Source of the DNA: Phycisphaerae bacterium
GTDB taxonomy: Bacteria; Planctomycetota; Phycisphaerae; Sedimentisphaerales; Anaerohalosphaeraceae
Direction of reading: 5' to 3'
Length of the DNA: 64,000 nucleotides
Assembly (NCBI GenBank): GCA_018052735.1
Contig: JAGPMT010000004.1
Location: 96,558 to 160,557 of the forward strand
Part shown: piece after piece, positions 45,377-53,735 of the stretch
Layout of the letters: each line of letters starts with the position of its first letter
Position numbering within the stretch: position 1 is the stretch's first letter
Position numbers and translations under genes: made by a program
The notes under the pieces: generated by a model
What the model saw: the letters and a program-made list of their open reading frames with translations, nothing else
Databases searched by the model: none
What the model was told of the DNA's origin: nothing

Positions 45377-48040
45377 TTAAGGAGCCCGATACATAAGCTT
45401 GAATTTCGCACCATTTTTCGGATAAAGATAACGTACCGTTGAGGTGGCTTGCACCCATTGAAAATCAGCACCAACAGAAGTCTCTAAACCCACATCCAAG
45501 TCGCAGTTATAAGTGCCTCGAACAATCAGGCCGGTTCCGGAACTATACACTGTTCCATCAGCATTATAGGTTACCCATCCAAGGGTCAGCTTGTGGTTCT
45601 CTGAAGGAGTCAGCTGCTCGACGATAAACTTGCCATATCGCCCTGCCGAAGTTTTGTATACAAAATAGGTGCCGGGATTGAACTCCATACCATCGGAGCC
45701 GTAAATACTGGCGGTGCTCATCTGGCTTTCTAATGTTACTACGGCGGCCCGGTTTAGGGCGTCATAATCATGATATACGGCACGCCAAAAACGTGAAATA
45801 ACACTGAAATCTTCCAGCTTAACCCGGCTGTTCCAGTTGATGTCGCTGTTTTCACACCAATTGGGCATTATACAGTCGGACACCATCCAATTATCGGCCA
45901 CAACAGACAAATCGCCAAGATTTACTGAACGGTCATCATTTATATCACCCGGATACCGTTCAACATACTGACCTGTCAATTGCAGATTAAAGTCCCACGG
46001 GTGCGTATTCCAATTGGACCATAGTTCCATATTGGCCGGCTGGCCGGAGACATTCGCAGCATACCCTGTGCTGGACGGCCATGGATTATCCCATCGGCCG
46101 CAGACTCCAGAGGTAAACTCATTGTATTCACCCTGATAGAGATAGCAGGTGAAGATATATGTCTGGTTCGGTTCCAGCCAAAGATTGGAAAAAGGCATCA
46201 TCACCCAGCCGCCGGTAAAGTTTGACGGAACCAGCTTGACACTTGGGGCGAGTATGCTGCCATCTGCTTTCCGTGCATACATAATCAGATAAACCGCGTG
46301 GCCATGTCCTTCCGGGTTTGTGTAATAATCAAACGGATCATCAAACCGGAAACCTGCTGAGGTAACGTTGGCTGGACGGGTTAATGTGATACTCTGCCCA
46401 ACGCCGACGTTGCGTTTGTCGACCCGATCATCTCCGCCAAACCAGATAACCGCATTGTGCTGGTCATGAATCACATTGAAATCCAGCAGAACTCCAATCA
46501 TCGCCCACGTGGTCAAAGGACCATAGATATTGTTGGTTTCATAGGTTTCTTCAACTTCGCCTTCGGTATCCACCTGTGCATACATTCTTTTAATACCTTC
46601 GGTGGCATAGGTATAGGTTACCGTCATTGCATCTGAGGCACCTGCTGCCAAACTGGAGAATCTTTTCCATCGATCCCCTACGGTACCCGGACTGGGCAAA
46701 GAAGCTCGGTCGGCATACCAGTCCAGATAAAAAGACCCCGCATTGGTAGTACCCGCATTATGAATAGTTACGGTTACAGCAACCGGCTGGCCAACATGCG
46801 GAACTTTGGGATTGAGGCTAATAGAGGTAATCCGCAAATCGACGTTAATATACTCAAATTCATACGCTCCCATATCGATAGCGGCTATACTGTCCCCATT
46901 GCCATCCAGCGGACGGGGTTTACCATCCAAATCCTCGGCCGGAGCATCAAAATCGGACCCGGCATCAATGCAGGGGCTCGAGGCAGTCAAATGGTAATCA
47001 CCGCTGCCTGTAAACAGAGGATTAGCATTTATATTCCCCGTGCCGGCAAAACCGCCCTGAATATCGCAGTAGGAGGCAGTAGGGCCCGGACTGCTGTAAT
47101 AATCGACAATCTGATTGGGACTGTTGCCCCAGAAAATGCAATTTCTCAAGGTGGGACTGGATGTATTGGTATAAAGTGCCCCCCCGCCTGCTGCATACGC
47201 TGCCGTATTATCAGCAAAAGTGCAGTTGATAATGCTGGGCCAGGCCTGATGATAGGAAATCGCTCCTCCATAGGATGCTGAACTGTTGCTGACAAACAAG
47301 CAATTGATAATCGAGCCGTATGTTTGATAATCTCCTAAGATCGCCCCGCCTCCAAAGCCGCCTGCTGTAGAGGAGTTTGACTTGAAAATGCACTTTTCAA
47401 TCCGGGAATTTGTCTGCAACTGCCAAATGGCTCCGCCGTTATCAGCACTGTTGTCCTGAAACAGACACTCTTTAATCACCAGATTGGAACGGAGATCATA
47501 CACGGCACCGCCGACAACAGTGGCAACATTGTTGAGAAATCTGCAGTTTTGCAATGTTGTGCTGAAATCAAACCCCAGACAGCTGTAGGTTGGGCTTTCA
47601 ATATACAGCGCCCCGCCGCTCGAAGCAAGGCCGTTCTGAAATATAAAACCGTCAATGATGCTGTAGGAAGTAATCTTCATGCACCGTACAGAATTGCTAC
47701 CGTTGATAATTGTCGGATAAACGGCGGGATTGCGATCATCAAGTGTCGGTGACGCCATACCATTTGGAAAACCGCCATACATCACAACAACTTTGTTCAG
47801 TGTCAATTCGCTGGTTAGGTTGTACGTTCCGCTCTTTACCCAGATCTGGTCACTGGGAGCATAGCAAATCATATACAGCGGGCTTGCAGCAGCGATGGCA
47901 GCAGAAATCGAATTGAAAGCTGTTGGCCAGCTTTTGCCATCTCCTCCGGGCGCAACATCTGAATCAACATACCAAACAGCAGCAGAGAGACTCCCTGCTA
48001 AATAGAAAAAGAAAAGAAACAATACTGATTTGCCTTTCAT
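45377..48040 (-). CDS. Secreted right-handed beta-helix (Pmp/pectate-lyase-like repeats) - CARDB - dockerin-like protein
   Basis: Signal MKGKSVLFLFFFYLAGSLSA. Repeated GGA[IL]y...n..F.nN units (aa ~130-300). CARDB-like segment (aa ~400-510: PHVGQPVAVTVTIHNAGTTNAGSFYLDWY). Dockerin-like GDINDDRSVNLGDLSVVADNW (aa ~697-720). Confidence 0.75.
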   Translation of the reverse strand: MKGKSVLFLFFFYLAGSLSAAVWYVDSDVAPGGDGKSWPTAFNSISAAIAAASPLYMICYAPSDQIWVKSGTYNLTSELTLNKVVVMYGGFPNGMASPTLDDRNPAVYPTIINGSNSVRCMKITSYSIIDGFIFQNGLASSGGALYIESPTYSCLGFDFSTTLQNCRFLNNVATVVGGAVYDLRSNLVIKECLFQDNSADNGGAIWQLQTNSRIEKCIFKSNSSTAGGFGGGAILGDYQTYGSIINCLFVSNSSASYGGAISYHQAWPSIINCTFADNTAAYAAGGGALYTNTSSPTLRNCIFWGNSPNQIVDYYSSPGPTASYCDIQGGFAGTGNINANPLFTGSGDYHLTASSPCIDAGSDFDAPAEDLDGKPRPLDGNGDSIAAIDMGAYEFEYINVDLRITSISLNPKVPHVGQPVAVTVTIHNAGTTNAGSFYLDWYADRASLPSPGTVGDRWKRFSSLAAGASDAMTVTYTYATEGIKRMYAQVDTEGEVEETYETNNIYGPLTTWAMIGVLLDFNVIHDQHNAVIWFGGDDRVDKRNVGVGQSITLTRPANVTSAGFRFDDPFDYYTNPEGHGHAVYLIMYARKADGSILAPSVKLVPSNFTGGWVMMPFSNLWLEPNQTYIFTCYLYQGEYNEFTSGVCGRWDNPWPSSTGYAANVSGQPANMELWSNWNTHPWDFNLQLTGQYVERYPGDINDDRSVNLGDLSVVADNWMVSDCIMPNWCENSDINWNSRVKLEDFSVISRFWRAVYHDYDALNRAAVVTLESQMSTASIYGSDGMEFNPGTYFVYKTSAGRYGKFIVEQLTPSENHKLTLGWVTYNADGTVYSSGTGLIVRGTYNCDLDVGLETSVGADFQWVQATSTVRYLYPKNGAKFKLMYRAP

Positions 48041-48222
48041 CTTTATACCCTCCTAAAAATGTATGCCATTGAATATTTATTCTGACATCTTTTTAGGCTT
48101 TGTCAAATAAAAAAAATGCAAAAAGAAAATAAAGATTAAACAATCATAAAACTGGCCTTGTATTCAGCCTTTATTATGTCTGTTATTTACAGAATTATTT
48201 TTTGTCTTTTTATCCAAAATCT

Positions 48223-48249
48223 GGTAACATATAGGAATGTAAAAGCGTC
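48223..48249 (+). promoter_or_regulatory. ECF-type autoregulatory promoter GGTAAC-N17-CGTC
   Basis: GGTAAC at 48223-48228, a 17-nt spacer, and CGTC at 48246-48249, just upstream of the sigma-factor gene. Confidence 0.55.
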
Positions 48250-48260
48250 TTTGATTCGAA

Positions 48261-48863
48261 ATGAGCGTGGACGCAGAAGAAGGGATAATGGCCATGAATC
48301 CAGCGACCTTGCGGCTGGCATTTGAGCTGACGGGTAGTACGGCTGCAGAAAAAAGCCAGATGTGGATATTATCTGCAATGCAGTACTATGGACCAGCTAT
48401 CGTCAGCATGCTGTGGCGGATTCTGGGCAGAGAAGAAGATGTTTGCGATGCCTATCAGGAAACTTTTCTTCATCTGGCCTATCTGCCTCAGCAGCAAAAA
48501 CCAGCCAACCTTCGTGCCTATCTGTTCCGTACGGCTTCCAATGTGGCCATATCCATGCTCCGCCGGAGGCAGATTGAAAAGAAATATCAGGAGCAGATTC
48601 AGCACAAAGCAATTCCGTCTTCTCCTGATCCTGCCGGTTTTTTGGATGCAATGGATCTTCAGCAGCAGCTTCGGGAAGCCATTGCTCATCTTCCGGACTA
48701 TTTGTCCGATGTTGTTGTGCTGCGGGACTTGGCCGAACTGCCATATCCGCAGGTGGCTAAAATTCTTGGAATAACAACGACAGCCGCCAGAGTTTACCGC
48801 CACAAAGCAGTCAAACTGCTGGCTCAGTGGATGTCAAAATTAGATAAGCGGGACGACTTATGA
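48261..48863 (+). CDS. ECF (sigma70 family group 4) RNA polymerase sigma factor
   Basis: Region 2 (DVCDAYQETFLHL..LRAYLFRTASNVAISMLRRR) and region 4 (LPYPQVAKILGITTTAARVYRHKAVKLL). The true start is probably ATG 48288, which has a GAAGGG RBS and fits the predicted TSS near 48256. Confidence 0.85.
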   Translation: MSVDAEEGIMAMNPATLRLAFELTGSTAAEKSQMWILSAMQYYGPAIVSMLWRILGREEDVCDAYQETFLHLAYLPQQQKPANLRAYLFRTASNVAISMLRRRQIEKKYQEQIQHKAIPSSPDPAGFLDAMDLQQQLREAIAHLPDYLSDVVVLRDLAELPYPQVAKILGITTTAARVYRHKAVKLLAQWMSKLDKRDDL

Positions 48864-49369
48864 AGACAATAAGATTAAACAATCTGTGCAGAGTTTTACA
48901 GCAGCGCAAAGTCGGTCTGTTTGATTCGTTCAGACAGCACGTGCAGCATCGCTTAATTGAACATATGGCAAATTGTCCGCGGTGCCGAAAACGCCTTGGT
49001 CTGGCCAGTCGGTTAGAAATCGCTTTGGCTATGATTAAATCCCAGCCCCATCATATTGATCTTTTACAACGGGCTAACACGCAAACATTAGCTGTATTTG
49101 CGCATGCACTTCGGTATGCTCCGAAATCACAAACATTGCGCATCAGCCGGCCAGAGCCAATTTGGGCAGTTAAAAACAGGTCCCTTATTGATCGTCTGCT
49201 GAATATTGCAGCGTGTCTTTTTGTTGTTCTGATGATGCGTTCGGGAATTTTTCATTCGCTGACCAGTTATAAAGAACAAAGTGAAGCCGTTATTCACAAC
49301 TATTACGCCCGCAATCTTGACAGCAATATGTTCAATGAAATCTTCCCCAATAACGACACGCTGGCGTGA
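48860..49369 (+). CDS. Anti-sigma factor, zinc-binding (ZAS) type, single-pass membrane protein
   Basis: Overlaps the sigma stop by 4 nt (ATGA). Has HMANCPRC (H-x3-C-x2-C), a TM segment LLNIAACLFVVLMM, and only a ~45-aa extracytoplasmic tail. Confidence 0.65.
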   Translation: MKTIRLNNLCRVLQQRKVGLFDSFRQHVQHRLIEHMANCPRCRKRLGLASRLEIALAMIKSQPHHIDLLQRANTQTLAVFAHALRYAPKSQTLRISRPEPIWAVKNRSLIDRLLNIAACLFVVLMMRSGIFHSLTSYKEQSEAVIHNYYARNLDSNMFNEIFPNNDTLA

Positions 49370-49548
49370 CTGAAATGGGCACATTTCTTTATCTTTGCAG
49401 ACAGAAAGAAGCGGCTGAAAAACTGCAAAAGTAAAATATATAAATTTTGTCGAGTTTTTCATCGTTTCTAACTTCTTAAATTCCTCAGCATTAGATTCCA
49501 ACATATATATTGTCAGGCATTTTTTCTAAACTTCGATTTATTTATTTC

Positions 49549-49577
49549 TTGAAATTTTGCCGATAGTGTGATATAGT
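49549..49577 (+). promoter_or_regulatory. Strong sigma70 promoter (TTGAAA-N17-TATAGT) with no protein gene downstream
   Basis: Hexamers at 49549-49554 and 49572-49577 inside the 490-bp gap between convergent genes. Confidence 0.5.
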
Positions 49578-49583
49578 AAAATA

Positions 49584-49819
49584 CGCGGGTTAACCCCTGC
49601 GGTGTTAGTGTCAGAGGCCTATATTTGGAAGAACCGATGACATCCCCAAGGGAAGCCAGGTCGGGAGTGGATCGGGTATGCCTGCACGACAGGACATTCG
49701 GACAACCGCAACGGCTGCCCACATTAGAATAAGGGGTTTCTTTCCACATGCCTGCTGCACGGCATACGCGGAGGTGTACCTCACATAAAAAAGGCCTGTC
49801 CTCGTTACAGGCCTTTTTT
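49584..49819 (+). ncRNA. Candidate structured small RNA (~235 nt), class unknown
   Basis: Bounded by the promoter above and a perfect intrinsic terminator. Has a 5' hairpin at 49584-49601 and a long-range helix 49673-49682/49761-49770 (9 of 10 bp) with extensions. The only plus-strand ORF is 31 codons. Confidence 0.45.
49787..49819. terminator. Bidirectional intrinsic terminator (A6-stem-loop-T6)
   Basis: GGCCTGT (49793-49799) pairs with ACAGGCC (49807-49813), flanked by AAAAAA and TTTTTT. It ends both the minus-strand operon (stop at 49860) and the plus-strand RNA. Confidence 0.8.
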
Positions 49820-49859
49820 ATGCGTTCAGCCAACTGCTGCAATTGTAATAAACTCTGCT

Positions 49860-50882
49860 CTACTGCCTCTGTTCTAATTGTTTCACTATTATTTTCAAGG
49901 CAGGATTGCCAACGGGAAGCTGACGGCTCTGATTCCAGTTTTCCAAACCAGCTTCCAGCGAACGCAAAAAACCATAATCCATATCCCCGCATCGTGTTGC
50001 AACAGGCTCGTCTCTTTCATCCCAGCGCTGGTATCTTCCTGTAATTGTCGCCATATACCAGCGATAGGGAAATTCGTGTTCGACAATCAAAGGATCAAGA
50101 GCAGAAATATCGATATTATGTGCTTCTTTCAGATTATGTTCAGTTACTTTCCTAGTTATATCACGCGTATAATAGTGTTCGCCCCAGTACTGACTTTTCT
50201 GACATTCAGGCAATTCGAAAACTTGCCCCAATTGTTCGGCTTCCCATTTATCCGGTATATAGGCATCTAAAAATGTCAGGTGAAATTGTGTGTTCGGATA
50301 TTTTCGGGCAATCTGTCTGGCTGCAGAATGAATAACCCACGAGCCGGCGGAAAGTCCAACAAGATGAATGTGCTTAAACGGTCTATCCAGCTTCAGCACA
50401 GCCGCTGCGAGTCGGGGGCCGGCGATGTCCCGGGCATACTGCGCCGCCTGTACCGATGTAAAGACCACTGAGCCGCCCTTCCAATCATACGAGGCACAAA
50501 CCCACTCATTCGGATCTATCCGAGCGGCGATTGCCTCGGCCATCTGGCTTGGCCAGTCATCCTCGCCCTTATCCAGCCAGCCATGCGTTACCACTGTCAA
50601 TTTGTCTGCTGTCGGAATAATGCATAATCCATCCTGAATTACCACATTCGGCTCGGCAGAATGTGCCGGCGTCAGCAGCTCATGCTGAACAGCAAACACC
50701 CCTTGATCTGCTATCAACAAAAGTCCGGGGGCCTTTGGGGTAATCGTTACAGGGGCTTTGAGATATTTTTCCAGCCCGACATTTTCCATCAGTTTTATGA
50801 CTTTTTGGCGGGCGCTAAAATCCCCGCGGACGAGGGTACAGAGACATAAGAATAAAATGATCCTGCTATGCTTTGCTGTCAC
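49860..50882 (-). CDS. Secreted alpha/beta-hydrolase, lipase-like (GLSAG nucleophile elbow)
   Basis: GTG start 7 nt after AGGAG. Signal SRIILFLCLCTLVRG. VVTHGWLDKG and HLVGLSAGSWV resemble the oxyanion and nucleophile motifs of triacylglycerol-lipase-type hydrolases. Confidence 0.6.
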   Translation of the reverse strand: MTAKHSRIILFLCLCTLVRGDFSARQKVIKLMENVGLEKYLKAPVTITPKAPGLLLIADQGVFAVQHELLTPAHSAEPNVVIQDGLCIIPTADKLTVVTHGWLDKGEDDWPSQMAEAIAARIDPNEWVCASYDWKGGSVVFTSVQAAQYARDIAGPRLAAAVLKLDRPFKHIHLVGLSAGSWVIHSAARQIARKYPNTQFHLTFLDAYIPDKWEAEQLGQVFELPECQKSQYWGEHYYTRDITRKVTEHNLKEAHNIDISALDPLIVEHEFPYRWYMATITGRYQRWDERDEPVATRCGDMDYGFLRSLEAGLENWNQSRQLPVGNPALKIIVKQLEQRQ

Positions 50883-50897
50883 ACATCGGCTCCTGCC

Positions 50898-53735
50898 TTA
50901 TTTTTTCTGCTTCATCACAGTACGCGCCCGCAAGCCGTCTTCTTCAAACGTAATTCCCAATCGAACCTGCTGGACTGCTTGCATGGGGGTTAATAAATCA
51001 TCCGGCATTCTCGGCTGTCCCGGATGTCCAAAAACTGTCGATTCAAATGTATGAAATTGTTCATTCCAAACATATTGACCCCCGCCGGGGCAAGTCAGCC
51101 TTGTATGCCAATACCGCAAGTGGAAATCGGTTTCAGTCAATTCTCCTTTCCGCATTCGCCATTCGGCCAGAATCGGCAGATGTCTCCACGACTGCATCTG
51201 GAGATAGCGGTTCCAGCTTTGTGATGCAATTATTTCAATCACCTTCCATGCCTTTTCATCAGCCTGCACAGCAAGATTTTTGCCAAGCCACTGGACCGGC
51301 GCTTTGGTGCCATTTTGGCGGGCTGATACACTGGCACGCTCAATCGCCTGCTGAAGAAGCTTTTCATGGGGTGTTATAATCAGCTGGTTTGGCAGTGCTG
51401 CATAATACAATGACGGCGGATTCTGCTTTGCTTGCTCGTACTGAAAGGTAATCTTGACATAAGATTTCTGCTGCCAGTTCAGTGTTTCCCACACAGTCAT
51501 ATTCGGTGCAGTCTGCTCGATAAAAGCACGCAAGCCGACAAGAAAGATGGTCAGCTGGGATGGGCTGTCAACATCCATTGCAGCCGCAAGCGGCAGTCGA
51601 TTGATATTTTGTTCCAGATACTCAAAAAATTCGTAATCCAAGGTATGGCCGGAAAGGATGCCGGCCAGTTCTCCCCAAAAAGAATCTTCTTCGGCGTATA
51701 TTGTAATCCATCGCCCCAGCCAACTAAGCGGATGGGTGTTTATCCATTCCGGTCCGCCCATCGGTCGGGCAAAGCCCCCCGCCAAGCGAACCGGTTCGGA
51801 GTCTGAATCGATAGCTAAAATTGCCTGCAGAATTGTTTTTGCGTGAGGATCTCCATCATCAGGTTGAAGAAAATTCTTGCCGCCAATCTGCATCAGCTGG
51901 CGATATTCACTGTCTGCAATCAGCGGACGGATAGTTATGTCAATATCTATTGTATCGGACTCCAGCAGAACTGCAGCAGCAACAGGATCAAAAAAAGTGC
52001 GCCAGCGAGACTGATAACTGCTCCGAAAGCGGTTATACTGATTGCGTTCCCTTTCTGTAGCTTTTTCAATAGCCAGCTCGCTGATGGGTGTCATAAATCG
52101 AAGATTTCCATAAACAGAAGAGGTGATCCCTGCATTGGTAATAGTAATATCCCCTATATCTGGCGCCCAATTCAGCGCTGTCGTCTGCGCAGCGGCAAGG
52201 TCAAATCTATCTTGATTATCCAGATAGCCGGCCTGAAGCTGTGATAAAACTGTCGAAACCAGCATTCTGCGAGCTGCCCCTATGCGCCAGCGAGGACTGC
52301 ACCAGCGGCGAATAGCTGCATCAGTCAAAACCAGAAATGCTGTTTGCCTGTTTTCATCCGCCGGATAACAGCTGCGGAAAAAGGCATATTCACCCGCTTC
52401 AGCCAAAGAGGGCTGCTTGCCTTGGGCTGTTTTTATGATTTTTTCCAGCTGAACCAGCGAATTGCTCACAATAACTGCATTATCAAGGCGAGCCAAATAT
52501 GAACTGACTGTCCTATCCGGAGAAACTACCGCCTGATAAGGTATTCCGCTGACCATTCCGGTCAATTTCTTGGCATCTTTAACTTTCTCCAGCGCTTCCT
52601 GCTGTTTAGATTCGGTATTGGAATAGACCAGTCGAGCTATTGGTGCATCAAAAAGTACAGCCGAATCTGTTCCAGCCTTCCAATACAGATCAGAACCAGT
52701 CAAGGCAACACTGGCTATCGTTTTAGGACCCCAAAAACGCGACCAGCCATCCAGCCAGACACACATCTGCCGCTCGTACGATTCGATATTTTGAGTTTGA
52801 AACTCATCCGGAAGATACCACGTCCCTTTAAGCCTATCCAATAAATGCATCATCGACTTGAATGTCGGATAAAAAAGAGCATGCTGGTCAGCGGGAATAA
52901 AACGAGCTAAAGCATCCTTTTTAAATACAATGCCCTCGTTCTGCTTGTTCCAATCTATTGCCGATGTTGTAATGCCTTCAATACCAGCAATGTCAACTAC
53001 ACGCGGCTCATTGAATCGGGTCTGCAGAGTCCGATCGAGTTGAATATTTTCCATAACTGCTTTGCGGCCGGTAAAAAAGAGCATTATATCTTCAAATGGA
53101 TCCTGTTCGGGCAACAATCTGCCTTGCTGGCTCACTCCTGAACACTGCTGGTCATCCAGTATTTTCTGTGCCTGCTTGGCTCGATAGGCAAACCATTCAG
53201 TTCCAGTGAATCCGCAACTTTGCAGAAGGGTGTAATGGTTTTTCATCGCTGTAAAAAAATGCCGTTTTGCCGAAGTTTGCTCAGCATTCACCGGTTCCTT
53301 AGAAATCCTGAATCGTACAGCCGACATACTCTTTAAATTCGCTGTTGGAAGGAAAATAATGCCGGTTATCGGCAGAGAATGGCTGCTTTTAATCGCAACA
53401 GATGCATTATCCAGCAACTGCCCAACCGATTGAATCCGCCAAAAATCGGGGCGGTTTTGTCCACCAGACTGGATAAATTCACCAAAATCGATATAGATTT
53501 CTTCTTGCCTGTCGCCGGCCGCATAGGGCAAATAATATTTGATTTGCTGCCTTAGACCCCAATCAAGCGGAGCCGGCGACGACAGCACCTTATCCGGCCA
53601 CTGTCCTTCAATCTCAATCTGCCGCAGAGGCAGACAGTAATACATTTCTGTATTCTGTGAGAAGACGACAGAAACCGTAAAGCCGGCAGCAAACACTGCT
53701 GCAAAAAGGTAATTTTGTAGCCTCATTTTAAACAC
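50898..53735 (-). CDS. Large signal-peptide protein of unknown function
   Basis: ~942-945 aa. The probable start is ATG 53726, 1 nt after the DUF2339 stop, with GAAGG 8 nt upstream. Signal MRLQNYLFAAVFAAGFTVSVVFSQ. No recognisable domain. Confidence 0.6.
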   Translation of the reverse strand: MFKMRLQNYLFAAVFAAGFTVSVVFSQNTEMYYCLPLRQIEIEGQWPDKVLSSPAPLDWGLRQQIKYYLPYAAGDRQEEIYIDFGEFIQSGGQNRPDFWRIQSVGQLLDNASVAIKSSHSLPITGIIFLPTANLKSMSAVRFRISKEPVNAEQTSAKRHFFTAMKNHYTLLQSCGFTGTEWFAYRAKQAQKILDDQQCSGVSQQGRLLPEQDPFEDIMLFFTGRKAVMENIQLDRTLQTRFNEPRVVDIAGIEGITTSAIDWNKQNEGIVFKKDALARFIPADQHALFYPTFKSMMHLLDRLKGTWYLPDEFQTQNIESYERQMCVWLDGWSRFWGPKTIASVALTGSDLYWKAGTDSAVLFDAPIARLVYSNTESKQQEALEKVKDAKKLTGMVSGIPYQAVVSPDRTVSSYLARLDNAVIVSNSLVQLEKIIKTAQGKQPSLAEAGEYAFFRSCYPADENRQTAFLVLTDAAIRRWCSPRWRIGAARRMLVSTVLSQLQAGYLDNQDRFDLAAAQTTALNWAPDIGDITITNAGITSSVYGNLRFMTPISELAIEKATERERNQYNRFRSSYQSRWRTFFDPVAAAVLLESDTIDIDITIRPLIADSEYRQLMQIGGKNFLQPDDGDPHAKTILQAILAIDSDSEPVRLAGGFARPMGGPEWINTHPLSWLGRWITIYAEEDSFWGELAGILSGHTLDYEFFEYLEQNINRLPLAAAMDVDSPSQLTIFLVGLRAFIEQTAPNMTVWETLNWQQKSYVKITFQYEQAKQNPPSLYYAALPNQLIITPHEKLLQQAIERASVSARQNGTKAPVQWLGKNLAVQADEKAWKVIEIIASQSWNRYLQMQSWRHLPILAEWRMRKGELTETDFHLRYWHTRLTCPGGGQYVWNEQFHTFESTVFGHPGQPRMPDDLLTPMQAVQQVRLGITFEEDGLRARTVMKQKK

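Noticed and set aside
45318-49813. The two terminators share the core AAAAGGCCTGTC...ACAGGCC(T)n (45318-45348 and 49793-49813); possible REP-like repeat family
   Set aside because: There are only two copies and the shared part is ~12 nt. The loops differ and both are in canonical terminator positions, so this is most simply independent GC-rich terminator stems.
49584-49819. Tried to assign the candidate RNA to SRP RNA, tmRNA, a cobalamin riboswitch or a second RNase P
   Set aside because: It has no GGAA-tetraloop/AGCAGC helix-8 motif, no tRNA-like acceptor/T-arm or CCA end, no B12 box, and no downstream gene to regulate. RNase P RNA is already present at 13604-13986. The class is left open; 6S is not excluded.
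49513-49992. 159-aa minus-strand ORF spanning the intergenic region
   Set aside because: It would begin inside the 3' end of the lipase-like gene and read through the perfect intrinsic terminator (49787-49819). Its composition is not protein-like. The region is better explained as a plus-strand RNA unit.
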